Position numbers and translations under genes: made by a program. Positions 10,916-25,102 of a stretch of 64,000 nucleotides of DNA are shown in pieces. Origin of the DNA: Ginglymostoma cirratum (taxonomy: Eukaryota); contig JAHRHZ010000268.1 of NCBI GenBank assembly GCA_024137785.1, forward strand, positions 30,537,466-30,601,465. Reading direction: 5' to 3'. The notes under the pieces were generated by a model. That model saw only the letters and a list, made by a program, of their open reading frames with translations. It did not search any database and was not told where the DNA came from. How positions within the stretch are numbered: position 1 is the stretch's first letter; each line of letters opens with the position of its first letter.

Positions 10916-13784
10916 CAAATGTAACTCTAATTATGTTACCTTCATTATTTCTGAACTACGACAACATAAGTGACATTGATTTTCTTTATTAACAAAGAAA
11001 TTCCCAGATCAATACCCTTTGATAGACTGGATCAATAGAATGGAGATGAGACTTCAAATATTTGATGACATTTTTTATAATGTGTAATACAAATATGAAA
11101 ACAGAAGTATATTGTGTTGTATATTTAATCGATTTTAAAAAGCTTAATTTTAGAGAAGGTGACGGTTGCCAGCCATTTTGAAAACTCTGACCTGTAAATT
11201 CCAAATATTTATCCTGGGTTTTCAAAACAGCTTTGCTTTAAGGGTAAAATACAGATGATATCATTTTGATGCCATTACTGGATGCCTACCTAATAAGTTA
11301 CAGATACCCTTTTGCACTGTAGATTGGCTGATGGCTTTCTTGCTGTGGTTACATCCCACTGGTGATTAATCAAAAACTTGGTTAGCCTTTGATTTTGACT
11401 TGAAACCTTGCGAAAATCTTTCTTCGGATTAAAACAAAGTGACAAGGAGAATTAAAATAGTAGGTAGTTCACAGTGGCAGTTGACCTGTAGCGAGTTTCT
11501 ATCTTCCCTAATGTTTGGAATTTGACCCATTAAATTACTTCTGTAGCTTCTGTCAGTGTGACTCGTCAATTATAATATTTTCCGTTTGCAACTAATTTTT
11601 AAAGCGACAATGCCTGTATAGTGCATTTTCAATGATTTAAATTAAAATATCACTTTGTAAATGAGAGATCTTCTAAAATATTCAGTCCTGGCATTTTCTA
11701 TTAGAGAGTCAAATGTATTTTAGCAGGTCCCCTTTCCTCCTTCTTCCTTTAGCGGTGCAAGCATATGGTCTGTGAATTAGACTTGATTGTTCTCATTGCA
11801 CCTGAAAGCAAAAATCATGAAATCTTTTCATATTTAGGCTTCCATTGAAATTATTTTCATGTGAAGGTGTTACTTTGAATCCTGTTTGTTCTCAGTCCAC
11901 CACTATCTTAAATAGACATCAACATTCCTGTTGGCTGCAGCCCAAAACTGTGAACCTGTTATCAGAACTGTCATCATTCACACATACTTATTAGATGGCA
12001 ATAGATCTTTGATACTTTTGCATGTATCACACTTAGTAAAACACAACCACTTCTCTAATAGAATTGTGGTGTATATGTGACTCCTTAAATTTTAGCTTAA
12101 ACTATTTCACAAAACTTCGCACTGTTCTAACTCCTTTGTTGTTAATTCTGACTATATTTTCCTTTGAAATCTTTGTTATGGGAGGCTTTTTTGCATTAGA
12201 CCACTAATCTTGAACCAGCTGTCTCTTGCTCCTTGATGACTTACAGTTGGTTCTCTAATGAGGAGACTTGAGATAATGGCTGGCTGCCAGCTTTGGAACT
12301 GCAGAGCACAGACTGAAAAAACCACTCATTCAGCAGAGACGTTTGGTTTTATTCATTCTAACCTGGACAGCAAGTCAGGATGTGCTGACGGATACAGATA
12401 CTCAGAGGGAAACAAAATTCACCTTTCTTTCAATAAAATCATGTATTTTTGAACATTGATTGGGAACCCTTCTGGTGAAAGTCTTTTTCAAGTGGGCCTC
12501 AATTTATTACATTTTTAAAAACTTTCACATTTATTTAGTGTACAAAACTTTGTTAATCATACACATGTCAATGTTAACGCAAATTATATTGGTCAATTTG
12601 GTTCAACAGTAAATCTAGGTGTAATTTACTTCTGAGACCTTTATTTTCTAACTGAGATACATCTATAAGATGAAAGTTGCAGCCACTTTTGGGTCTTAAT
12701 AGTCCTAATGTAAATGAAGAGCATTTCGGCAATCTCAGTAAATATAGTTTCACGGTGAAATCTGGCCATAATTCAATGCTAATTAGCTTTAATTGGGCAA
12801 TTGCTCTCAAGGAGACCAAAAGAACAGCTGATTGAGGCATTGGAAATATGTGAACATTTATAGTCATTTAGTATTGGCAGCAAGATGATAGCACTATACT
12901 AACTTGTTGCCAAATTTTTCTTCTATTGTGGTGCTGCAAGTGGTGAAGTAGACAAGAGGAACTGGAGGCTGGTCTAATTCTGACATATTTTTGCTAGATT
13001 TTTCAACTATGTCTTATACCTTGCCAATGTTATTTTATCTGGTATTCTCTGAAACAACCTGCTGACTCACAATGTTCCCATTTTCCACCATTAGCATAAA
13101 CCACTGAATTTGTGGGGTACAATTTCAAGAACACCAGTAGTCCTCTAGTAACTCATTCTACCACTTCTGACCCCAGACCCATAACTATTCTTCTCGTGGG
13201 ATGCTATGTTGTTATTTTATTGATTCATAAAGTGCTGGAAAATAATTGTTATATATATCCTGGGGTAGCACATTCACTGGGATACGAAAGCCATGCGCTG
13301 AGTAACAATGCATCAGTCTATTCAGTCAAAAAACCACATGGAGAGCAGAAAGAAGAACACACAATAAAGTTCCTGTATTTTGAATCTAATTATTTTTGAC
13401 TTATAGAAACCAAAAGAGATAGCATGCTGGCAGCAGTTGTCTGTGAGCAAAAATGCAAACATTTTTTAAAAATTTAGATTGAAAAATCAACCCAATAAGT
13501 GGTAAAAGGAGGCAAAATAAGTTTAAAGTGAAATGACTGCTGCAGAAATTGCATCGTTGCTCTAGCTTATCATGTATTGGGAGCTTAATGATGTCATAGG
13601 GGCATTTGAGAAGTGGAAGCAAAAGTGCAGGCAAACTTTCAGTAGCTTTCTGAAAGGCATCAACGAAGAGGAAAGGTTGAGCTAAATTTTTCTTTTGTGT
13701 GGGCAGAAGGAAAATGGTTGCATTTGTTTAATAGCTGGGAGCCGAATAAAGAAGATAGCAGAAACATACAGGGAAAAAAATTGA

Positions 13785-14100
13785 AAAGTTCAGCTCAGAT
13801 CTCCAACCAGAATCAAATCGTTAGACCCAGAGATGTAAATGTCATAGCCTGAGGCAGATTTCAGGTGAATCTTTTGAAAATTTCATAACAAAACTGAAAA
13901 ATGCAGCCAGAAAATGTAAATTCAAGGACATGGATGAAGGGCGACCAGTTCAGCTCACCTGGGGCTTTGAACGCTCCAAAGTATGAAAAGTATTGTTTGG
14001 AAAGAATAATCCTAATATAGCAGGCTGTGTACACACACTGTCAGAGCACATGAAGCCATAAGTAGCTAGATGAAGATGCTAGCTACCCAAACGATTAGCC
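13785..14100 (+). mobile_element. Gypsy gag fragment
   Basis: QPESNR*TQRCKCHSLRQISGESFENFITKLKNAARKCKFKDMDE resembles the retrotransposon gag RQ..GES..FI..L...A..C.F motif. Confidence 0.65.
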
Positions 14101-14111
14101 TTCAGTTCACA

Positions 14112-14372
14112 CCAGAAATAAGACCAGGAGTAGGCCATTTGACCACTTGAGTTTGCTCTGCCACCCAGCTGGATCTTGGATGATCATCTACCTCAACATT
14201 ATTTTCCCATCCAAGCCCTCTATTTCTTGACACCTTTAATATTTAGCCATCTAATGATCTCTGGAATATACTCAAGTAACTGAACTTGCACAAACATCTA
14301 GGGCAGAGATTCCAAAGATTCATCTCCCTCTGTGAAGAAATACCTCCCCAACTCAGACCTAAAAGGCCTCCT
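14112..14372 (-). mobile_element. Old CR1 3' fragment
   Basis: ggagtaggccattt...ggcagagattccaaagattc...tgtgaagaaa is typical antisense CR1 3' sequence. Confidence 0.65.
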
Positions 14373-15208
14373 GTTTTATTCAGAGAATCATGCACAGGCA
14401 GCACCTCATCAAGACTGCAGAAAAAGTTAAAACCTACAAGAAACTCCTCAGTGCACAGTTTGGAACCTCATGGAGAACACAGGCCAAGACCCAAAGGACC
14501 CCTATTCTTGCCATCACATTCTCACATGTCCTAGTGTGATACAAGTATGCCTACTTTATCTTTATTGGCATGTAACTCAACTCAACAATGCTAATCATCG
14601 TAGGTACACTTCCACCAAAGCCCCCTTCTCCTTCACCTTCACATCTCTCTCCTAATATCAAGATTGTAATTGCAATAGCCGCCTATTCCAACCCAAGTAG
14701 GCCTATTCTTATTCAATTATCTCTTCAACTCACCAGCAGTACACCTTCCTTCACACATCCCAATATGATTGAACACACCATTTAAAGGAATAACAGCTGA
14801 AGATCAATGGCTGAAGGTTAGGCAAGAGAAAGATTACCAGAATCTACTGTGTGCTGTAGGCTCTTGCTGAATCATCTGAATTTGATCTCCCATGGTGACA
14901 AGGATTCCTTGTAAATTGTATCTGACCTGGCAAAGGCCTTTGTGCACCAACTCAACATCAATGACATCATCAAGATCATCTAGACTGCAACTGTGGTAAA
15001 GTCTAAACAATAACTCCCTATGTTTAGATGTGCTTATTGACTAAACGTGAAGATGGGCCCAAAGGCTATCATCTAGACATTGAAAATTTTATTGCTTGAC
15101 TCTGCAATATGCATAATTAACAAATTAATAAATATAGAGTACAAACAATGAAATTTTTTTTGGGCAAGTCATTACTTTCAGGAAAACCTTCATGTGAAGA
15201 CTTCTGTA

Positions 15209-15625
15209 TCAGCCTTCTGATTTCATTCTCATGTAGCCTATCTTGTCTTTCTTGAGTTTTTCTAGTACTTTTCTCTCTGATGTGTTCAGGGTATCCCATT
15301 CGTTCCTATGGCTTAGTGTGGAGGCTATAGTATGTTGGATGGCTTGTTGTGTTTTGCCCATGAGTCTTTTAACGTAGTTTCTAGGGCTCCCATGAATTCT
15401 GGAACAAAAATAAAGTTGCTGGAAAAGTTCAGCAGGTCTGGCAGCATCTGTGGAGGAGAAAACAGAGTTAACATTTTGGGTCCGGTGACCCGTCCTCACA
15501 ACAGCCAAATGAATTCTCACATGAATTCTGTTCTGTTCGCATCTTTGTGGTTATAGTTCAGTCCACAAATTAGGACAGCTTTCTCAGTTTCTGTGAGTCG
15601 TCTGCTGGATAGGTTTCTTATCCAT
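15209..15625 (-). mobile_element. Inverted N-terminal segment of a Poseidon/Penelope-type PLE
   Basis: Minus strand: TWIRNLSSRRLTETEKAVLICGLNYNHKDANRTEF...TLNTSERKVLEKLKKDK, homologous to 62211-62610. Confidence 0.8.
15402..15503 (-). mobile_element. PLE-terminus mini-element with decayed hammerhead, 11-bp TSD
   Basis: Reverse complement gttgtgaggacgggtcaccggacccaaaatgttaac...; catgaattctg at 15391-15401 and 15520-15530. Confidence 0.8.
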
Positions 15626-17250
15626 GTCAAGCATTAAAAAACTCAAGAAAAAAAATTATAATAACCCAACAGTGAACAAAGGGTGCATGATAGGCATTAT
15701 GAACAAATTGGACTACCTTGAGAAAGCACAGGCACTGCTTGCAGATACAAACACTTACCAACAGGTGGTGATAGACCCAACACTGCAGCTCGGAAATAGG
15801 ATCACCCAAACACTGAAGAGACTAAAGGATGCAGGACAGATAACCAAGATGTACTACATGAGAATGAAAACAGAGGGCACAAACACCCCCTGCTTCTATG
15901 GACTCCTTAAAGTACACAAACCAGACATCCCCCTCAGACGCATTGTTTCCCTCCCAGATACACCCTCGCACAAACTGGCCAAGGATGTACAACAGAGAAA
16001 AAACATCTAGTCGACAGATCACTCCATTGCATCCACTCAACCCAATAATTCCTCAATGCTCTTAAGCACATAAAAATCAGCAACGACAAGATTATGGTAT
16101 CCTTTAAAGTCACTGCATTATTCTTGTCAATTGACATCCCACTAACCAAAGAAACACTGGTTACGTTACTAGGGAAAGCAGGAAAGCTACCAGCAGTTCC
16201 ATCAGCAATGACAATATACTCAAACTGCTAGACTTGTGCCTTACTGCACACTTTGTCTTTAATGGTCAAGTATACAAACAGATGAATGGCATACACATGG
16301 GGCCACCCATCTTGGGACTCATCACAGAGGCAGTCATGCAAAGACTAGAACACACCACCGTCCCCCTCATTCAACTTAAACAGTGGATCCGGTATGTGGA
16401 CAACACGTTTGTCACCATTAAATGCACCAAACACATCACTTCATCAATAAAGTATTTGTCAGGATTAAATTCACAAGAGAAGAAGAAAACAACAATCAGC
16501 TTCCATTTCTGGACGTCAGAGTTGAACGTGTGACCAATGGGGACTTCCAAACCTTGGTATACGGGAAAGCAACCTACACTGACCAAATCCTCAACTTCCG
16601 CAGCAACCACCCCAACATCCATAAACAAAGCTGTGTTAGGACATTATTTTAATGGGCCATCACTCACTGCAACACGCCAGAGCTGCCAGGAAAGAGGAAG
16701 AGCACTTATGCGAAATCTTTGCTATGAATGGATATCCCCTCAACTTCATCTGCAGCTGCTGACTAAATAGACAAATTCAAAAGGACACAGTATGCCCTAA
16801 CACACTGGCCACACTGCCCTACATCAAGAACATATCAGAACTGACAATGAGATATCTACTTCCACTAGGAATCATGGTAGCACACACACTTAAACAAACA
16901 CTCACAAGGATTAAAGACTCCATACCCATGACATGCAGAACGAACATAGTTTACAAAATACCATACAACGACTGCCACAAACATTACATTGGACAGACAG
17001 GAAGGAAACTAGCCATCAGAATACACGAACATTGGCTAGCAGCAAAACAACATGACAAACTTTCTCTAATAACACTCAACAATGAAGACCATTGGGTTCA
17101 CTGGGACAATGTAACCACAGTTGCCCAAGCTAAACATAGACATGCACGGGAATTCCTGGAGGCATGGTTATCAACCCATAATGCAATCAACAAGCATGTA
17201 GACTTCAAACCCATATACAAACCCAGACAGAACAGAACAGTAGTGAACTG
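15626..17250 (+). mobile_element. Poseidon/Penelope-type PLE, RT + GIY-YIG endonuclease, frameshifted
   Basis: NKGCMIGIMNKLDY, FYGLLKVHKPDIPLRRIVS, YKQMNGIHMGPP, WIRYVDNTF, LPFLDV, NIVYKIPYNDCHKHYIGQTGRKLAIRIHEH, AREFLEAW. Confidence 0.93.
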
Positions 17251-17999
17251 TTCCAGGAACAGTGCATTGTAAGATGGTGCTAGAATTAGATATAAAAGAT
17301 GCCATGGGATGGGGTAAATAGTACATTATGTGTGATTGGTAAGATGCAGTGAGAAAACTGGCTGTATGTGCAATGAAAAACCCTTCGGAAACTCGATGCA
17401 GCTCACTCTTAGCCAGAAGGAGTAAGATTCAGCCCATTAATTAGAATTTGAGCAACTGAATAAAATGGAATTTTGTTTAACAACTTTTTTTCAAAATAAT
17501 GTTAAAAGCAGTTTATTGAGGGAACCGTAATAACATAATGCCTCTTTTGTGCAGGTGATCTCCATTATGAGCCAATGAAATGGTCCTGGGTTTTAGTTGG
17601 CTTGAGACCCGGGAAAAATTGGATTGCAGACACTGTCAAGGACACACAATTTGTCTTTTTAGGGCACTTTCTGCCAATAACTCATTATCAATATAAATGT
17701 GCTGTACCAGAGAAAAGTTATTGCAGTAATTTACTTCGTTCATGCTGTTGGCAGGGAGTATTTCTTGCCAAGAGCGCATAATGAAAAACATACGCAGCAC
17801 ATGTCCAGATATCTGATACATGCTGATAGTGAATGAAGCTCCTGACTAAGAGCTCAAACTCAAAGCATTACTCTCTAAGATTAGATGAAAACAGAATATG
17901 TTATTCAGGTGAAATACCTATTGTCTCTGAACAACTGGGGGGTTCTTAACACATATTTAATCTGTGAATTATGAGATGCTTCCAATTTTTTAAAACAAA

Positions 18000-19730
18000 A
18001 CTGAAACCAGTCACTCACAGCAGGAGATTCATGGTGTCTACTCTGGCTCTCTGAGCATTTTTGCTTATTATTCTCCTGCTTTTCCCCATAATCATTTTTT
18101 TCTTTTAAATAAGCATCTAATACCCTCTTGAATACCTTAACGAAACCTGTTGCCAACACACTTGCAGGCATTGTATTCTTAACGACTTCTTTGAAAAGGT
18201 TTTCTTTCTCACCTCATATTCGCATTTTTTACAGAACACCTTAAATCTGCGTATCTGGTTCTTGATCTTTTTACACACAGGAAGAGTTTCCTCCTATCTA
18301 CTTGGTATAGACTCCTCCGGATTTTGAAATCTTCTCTGAAATTGCTTCTCAGCCACTCCTCTCCAAGGAATACAGTCCCAACCTCTCCAATCTTTAGTTG
18401 CTCTTTCTTGGATCCATTCTCAAAAAAAAAACTCTCCTGCACTTTCTCCAATGTATTTACATCTTTCTTAAAACGCAGCATCTAGAGCAGTACATAATGC
18501 TTCAACTAAGTTCTAACCAGTCTCCCCGATAGATTCAGCAAACGTCCCTGCTGTTGGGCTCTATGATCCTATTAAATAAGCCTAAACTGCTGTATGCATC
18601 ATTAACAGCTCTCTCTAGGTGTCTGTTCCCCTTTCAGATTTAAGTATATGTATATCCAGGTCTCTTTGTTCTCTGCACACTCATGAATATAATATAATTT
18701 ATTGTATACTGCCTCTTTGTACTCTTTATACCAAAATATATGACCTCACAGTTCTTCACATTGAACTTCATCTGCCGTTTCTCTGCTCATTTCTTGAGTA
18801 TGAAAATGTCCTTTTGAAATTATACACTGTCATCCTTGGGGTTTTTAATTCTCCAAAATTTTGTGTCATCTATAAATATCTTTGAAATTGTCCCTCCAAG
18901 ACTGAGATCATAACTGAATATCAAGGATCTTAGTACTGACCCCAGAGGACTGCACGTCAAAGCTTTTCCCAGCCTGAAAAATACCTTTTCACCACAAATC
19001 TGTTCCCTACCACAGAGCCAAATTTGCATCAATTCTGCTACTGTCCCTTTTATTTCATAGCCTATAACTGTCCTCACAAACCAGTTGTGTGGTACAGTAT
19101 CAAATGCCTTTTGGAAGCCCATACACACCACATCTTGCCTTTATTAACCCTCTCTGATCTCTCTCCAAAACCTTCAGCAAGTTAGGTAGACACAAATTTC
19201 CCTTACTAACTCCATGCTGGCACTTCCAAATTACCCCACCTATTTTTTCATGTGGCTACTAACTCTATTCTGAATAATTGTTCTGAGAAATTTCCAACCA
19301 CTGAAGTTAAACTGACTCTTCCATAAGTGCTAGTCTTGACAGCATTTTTTGAACGAGGGCGCAACGTTAGCAAATGTCCAGATGTCAGGCCCTACCTCTC
19401 CCAAACCCAAGGAAGACTGAAAGATTACAGCCAGTAATTCCCACTCTCACTTCCTTCAGTATCCTTGGATGAATCCCATCCAGTCCCAGTGTCTTATCAA
19501 CATTATGTACTGATAGCCTTTCCTATATTTTCTCCTTGTCAATTTTAAACCCTTCTAGTGATCGAGTTTCCACATCTTTTACTAGGGCCTACATAAAATC
19601 TGCTTCACAGGTAAAGACAGATGCAAAGTATTCACTCAACTCATTAGTTATGCTTCTTGCTTACATGCGTAAATCCCCATTTTGGTCCCTAATTGGCCAG
19701 AATCCTTCTTTCAAAATATATTACTATTAA
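18000..19730 (-). mobile_element. Old vertebrate-type CR1 LINE, 5'-truncated
   Basis: MGFQKAFDTVPHNW, LGSVLRSLIF, ISKIFIDDTK, FKKDVNTLEKVQ. Confidence 0.85.
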
Positions 19731-20002
19731 TGCGCGCCATCAATTGTCATGTTGTCCGGTAAATCACTGTATTTGGGTATTAAAAGAAGAAAATACTGGA
19801 AATACTAAGTTACAATAAATGCACCAAACAAAAATGTAGGGTAATTTCTCTGGATTTATCCTGTTTTATTCCATTATAACCTTGATGCAAACAAGTGCAG
19901 AATATCTAAAATTCAAGAGAGCAGGTGAGAGTGACTGTCATTATCATTAACACAGAACTTGAACCAATGCGGTATCAAGCAGCCTTAGCAAAATTAGTTT
20001 TG

Positions 20003-21386
20003 TTTTTCATTCACTCATAGGTTGTGGGCGTTGCTGACTGGGCAAGCATTTATTGCCCATCCCTTGTTGCCCTTGAGAAAGTGGTAGTGAGCTGCTTTCT
20101 TGAATCGCTGGAATCTGTTAGGTTAGTTGCCATTAGGGAGGGAGCTCCAGGATTTTGACCTTTTGACACTAAAGGAAAGTTGATGTATTTCCAAATCAGG
20201 ATTTTGAGTGGCTTGGAGAGGATATTGCAGGTGTTGGAATTCCCATGTATCCGCTGCCTTTGTCCTTATAGATGGTAGTGGTGATGGGTTTGGAATGTGC
20301 TGTCTAAGGAGTCTCGGAGAATTTCTGCAGTGTATTTTGTAGATAGTGCCCATTGCTGCTTTTAAGCATTGTGATAGGGAGAATAAGTGTTTATGAATGT
20401 ATCAATCAAACAGGCCATATTGTCCTGGATTGTGTCAGACTTCTTGAGTATTGTTTGAACTGTACTCATCCAGGTAAGTGGGGAATATTCCTTTCCACTC
20501 CTGACTTGTGGATGGGGGACAAGCTTTGGGGAGTCAGGAGGTGAGTTACTTGTTGCAGCAGTCCTAGCCTCTGACCTGCTTTTGTGGCCAGTTATATGGT
20601 TAGTCCAGTTCAGTTTCTGGCGAATGGTAATTGCCAGGATGTTGATGGTGGGGAATTCAGTGATGGCAACACCATTGAATGTAGAAGGGAGATGATTAAT
20701 TTCCCTCATATTGCCTGATGTAATGAAAATGTTACTTGCCACTTCTCAACCCAAGACTGGATATTGTCCAGATCTTGCTGCATTTGGACATGGATTGCTT
20801 CAGTATCTGAGGAGTCGTGAATTGTGCTGAATATAGTGCAATCATTGGCAAGCATTATCACTTCTCACATTATGACGGAGGGAAGGTCATTGGTGAAGCA
20901 GCTGAGAAAACTCCTGCAGAAATATTCTGCTGCTGAGATGACTGACCTCTAACCACCTCAACCATCCTTTTTTTGTGCTAGGTTTGACTCCGACCAATAA
21001 AGAGATTTCCCCTGATTCCCATTGACTTCAGTTTTGCTGGGGCTCCTAGAGGCCATACTTGTTCAAATGCAGCCTTGATGTCAAGGGCTGTCACTCTCAC
21101 CTCACCTCTGGAATTCAGCTCTTTCATCCATGTTTGAACTAAGGTTGTAATGAGCTCAGGAGCTGAGTGGCCCTGGTGGAACCCAAACTGGGCGTCACTA
21201 AGCAAGTTATTGCTGAGCAGGTGTCGCTTGATAACACTGCTGATGGCACCTTCCATCACTTTGCTGATAATCGACAGCAGACTGATAGAATGATCTTTGA
21301 TTGGATCGGATTTGTCCTGCTTTTTATTTACAGGACATAATTGAACAATTTTCCACATTGTTGGGTAAATGCCAGTGTTGTAGCTG
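20003..21386 (-). mobile_element. Zenon-like CR1-group LINE, 5'-truncated (same family as 636-3858)
   Basis: YPTMWKIVQLCPVNKKQDKS...ISLLSIISKVME...QFGFHQGHSAPELI...ALDIKAAFEQVW; same 3' tail. Confidence 0.92.
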
Positions 21387-23844
21387 TTAAAATGCACAGT
21401 GCACATGTGAATACTGTACACAAAATGCATTTCAGGAACTCACCAAGCTTCCTTCAAAGACACCTTCTGAACACATGACGTCTACCACCTAGAAGGACAA
21501 GGATAGCAGAAGCACAGTAACACTTCTGTCAATGGAGCTTCTCCAGCTCCTTGTCTTGGTGAACCTTCCAGTCCATCCTTCCTCTCTTTATCTGCTCATT
21601 TCACAACAGCTGCTCCTACAGTGACTTTTCCATACTCTCTGAAAATTCATTCTTCTTCTGTTTTGCTAGCTTTCTCTCTATCCTAAGGAGCACAAAATAA
21701 TCATTTTTGATCACATTTCTGTCTTTCCTGGTGATCCTAGCCTTCTATTTCTTTCTGTTCAGTCTTGATCAATGACCCACTACCCTGACAAGCACTCTGA
21801 TATGTCTCTCGCTGTCTCTATGTGATAGGTAAGAAAGGTAGGTTTTTTTTCAATTATTCCTCATGTGGTGGTAAAGTAGGGGAAAAAGTAGAAGTAGCTA
21901 ATTGTGGGCAATTGGCAGTTTGATTCAAGGGCAAAAGTTTAGGATGGAATTTTTCTTGCCAATCAGTACATTTCTTGTATTTTCTCTCGGTAAGTTGAAA
22001 GCAATATAGTTCATAATGTTGATCAGCCATTTGCTTTGAACGTAAGTTTTCGAGTTGCAAAGATTAGATTTCTCTGTATCCCCATTATCAGATTTTTTTT
22101 TGTATTTGTTCACTTCACAGTATGATGGTTCTATGTCTGTTTACTGAAGACAAACAGTTTGGCATTGTTAACATTGCTCATGTTCTGTTTTGATGTTATT
22201 TTTTGCAAAATGAGGTCCTATTTTAAGGCGGTCCTCAAGAGTTTACCAACATTTTCAGTACTTTCATTATTTTGCACAAAAATTCTTTGCTATTGAAAGA
22301 GATTCAATAGTGACTTTGTTCAGAAATTAATATCTTTAATATTTACCATCTGTATTATGTGCTGCAGTTATGTAAAGACATAAAAGCAGGAACTACAAAT
22401 TTTCTTGACACTGATTTGTCAAGTCTGACTTATTTCAAATGACATTTGCTGTAGTCTGTTAAATATGTAACCACTTTCTGTGATTTTTTTTTCTCTGTAA
22501 AAAAATACACCAGCTCTATTCATCTTACTGGCTTTGTAATCTGTCATTCTTTTCAATAGGCTGATTCCTGGCAATATTGAGACAATTAGAAATTAATAGT
22601 AGCAATTGCGAACAAAAGGCTCCTTTCACAGACAGGAGATGGGGAGAGAGAAGGCATTAATTGATGATTTTGAGGGAGTATAACAGGAGGGGGAGGAGTG
22701 GGATTTGGTAAAAGTTAGTGCTTTCTCCCCAGTACCTACAATATTGGAGAACTGTTGCAGGAAGCAGCTCTAAAATATTGGCTCCATGTCCAACAGCTGT
22801 TCAAACAACTACACTGTTTATATTGCAGAGCAGTTTCTGCACCAGCTGAATAGACCTTTGGTACTTTCACATTGTCATAAGAACCTCATGGGAGTATCAA
22901 ACCAGCACAACCTTCATGTGCTGCTCTCTTCTGTTTACCTCACTTCTTGCCGCTCCTCCAATCAAGATATGTTAGAATTAAGTCAATAATTTCTGTGGCC
23001 AAGAGGAGCGAATCAAGCTCCATTGATTTGATTGGAAGTGGGTGCACATGGTTTTCACAACACTTTCAAAATACTGATGACATTGGCTTTTTGGAGATAA
23101 TATTAAATATCATTGGGCTGCCATTGACCATCATCTTTCAATGTAAAAGAGCCTTTTAATTTTGCAGTTGTACTTGTATGTTGGCACCAAGAGCAGCTCC
23201 CAGGGCAGGGCAAATCAGAGCATTAGTCCTGGGCCCCAACACTGGGCTGCCTGGCACTGGCCCTGTAGGCAACTGGAGGGAACCAGAAAAAAAGCTGGAG
23301 ACCCACCTTGGGGCTTGAAGGATGAGGGGTAGGGGGGGAGGTGTTGCACAGTTTGATTTGCCCCATAACTCCTTAGAGACAGCTTTGTTTTTGGCATCTC
23401 CTGATAAATATACCACTGGATGCAACCGGTTCCAGAAGAAACCTTCTCTTTGTCACACCTAACCAACTGGAAAAGATAGGACAGAAAAGGTGGTGCCAGA
23501 TAAAATATGAAGCAAAAGAAGCCTCTGTGTTTCAATTGCTGTAAAATAGGGCATGCTCAGGCTAACTGCTGACAGATACAAGAGAAAAACTGTGGGAGTT
23601 ATGAGGCCACTCACATCCCATGCAGACAATGTGAGTCTGTTGCAGACCAGACCAGGGTGAGGTGAGCAATAGTGAGATGTATCAGGACCAAACAATCTCT
23701 ATTGCTTGGAAAAAGCATGACCTTTTCAGTGTGTGGTAAGAGCCAAGATGCTGGTAAAAAGAAACGAAGGAGGGTACATGCTATCTCCTTTACTGGAGCA
23801 TCTAGAATATGACTTGTGTCAGGACCAGTGACTGCGGGTGACAT

Positions 23845-25102
23845 GTACGGAAAATCGTGTCTCGCTGAATGAGTTATTTGAAGAAATAACAAAGAAGATT
23901 GATGAAGGCAGAGTAGTGGGTCTGATCTATGTGGACTTCAGTAAAGCATTCAACAAGGTTCCTCATGGTAGACTGGTTAACAAGGTTAGATCACATGGAA
24001 TACAGGGAGAACTAGCCATCTGGATACAGACCTGGCTCGAAGGTAGAAGACAGAAGGTGGGGATGAAGGACTGTTTTTCAGCCTGCAGGCCTGTGACCAG
24101 CGGTGTGCCACAACAATTGGTAATGGCTTTTCATCATTTATATAAATGATTTGGATGTGAAAATTGGACGTAAGGTTAAGAAGTTTGCAGATAACACCAA
24201 AATTGGAGGTGTAGTGGACAGCGAAGAGGGTTAACTCAGAGTACAATGGGACTTTGATCAGATGGGTCAATGGGTCGAAGAGTGACAGATGAAGTTTAAT
24301 TTAAATAAATGTGAGGTGCTGCTTTTTGGAAAGATAAATCAGAGCAGGACTTATACACTTAATTGTAAGGTCCTGGGGAATGTTGCTGAGCAAAGAGATC
24401 TCGGAGTGCGGGTTAATATTTCCTTGAAGGAGGAGTACCAGGTAGACAGGATAGTAAAGAAGGTGCTTGGTATCCTTGTCTTTATTGATCAGTGCATTGA
24501 GTATAGGAGCTGAGAGGTCATGTTGTGGCTGTACAGGATATTGGTTAGGCTACTTTTGGAATACTATGTGCAATTCTGGTCCCCATGCTACGGAAAGGAT
24601 GTTGTGAACTTGGAAAGGGTTCAGAAAAGATTTACAAGGATGTTGCCAGGGTTGGAGGGTTTGAGCTTTAGGGAGAGGCTGAGAAGGGTGGGATTATTTT
24701 CTCTGGAGAATCAGAGGCTGGGTGGTGACCTTGTAGAGGTTTATAAAATGATGAGGGGCAAGCATAGTGTGAATGGACAAGGTTTTTTTTCCCTGGGGTA
24801 GGAGTGTCCAAAACTAGAGGGTATAGGCTTAAGGTGAGAGGGGAAAGATTTAAAAGGGACCTAAGGGACAACTTTTTCATGCAGAGGGTGGTGTGTGTAT
24901 GAAATGAGCTGCCAGAGGAAGTGGTGGAGGTTGGTATAATTACAGCATTTAAAAGACATCTGGCTATGTATATGAATAGGAAGGATATAGAGGGATATGG
25001 GACAATTGCTGGCAAATGAGACTAGATTAATTTAGTATAGCTGGTCAGCATGCCTGAGTTGAACTGAAGGGTCTGTTTCCATGCTGTACAGCTCCATGAC
25101 TC
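23845..25102 (+). mobile_element. CR1 (HER1-like) LINE 3' part inserted in Gypsy protease
   Basis: YVDFSKAFNKVPHGRL, VTSGVPQ, KFADNTK, LYRILVRLLLEYYVQFWSP; tail ccatgactc; tgacat at 23839-23844 and 25103-25108. Confidence 0.95.

Noticed and set aside
17540-17781. Acceptor-like ttttgtgcag followed by an open frame
   Set aside because: No recognisable product and no matching donor or neighbouring exons.
21540-21830. Pyrimidine-rich L2-like remnant (also 51430-51730)
   Set aside because: Plausibly ancient L2, but too decayed to support a call.
22540-22712. Acceptor ttttcaatag and donor gtaaaag pair
   Set aside because: Stop codons in all three frames.
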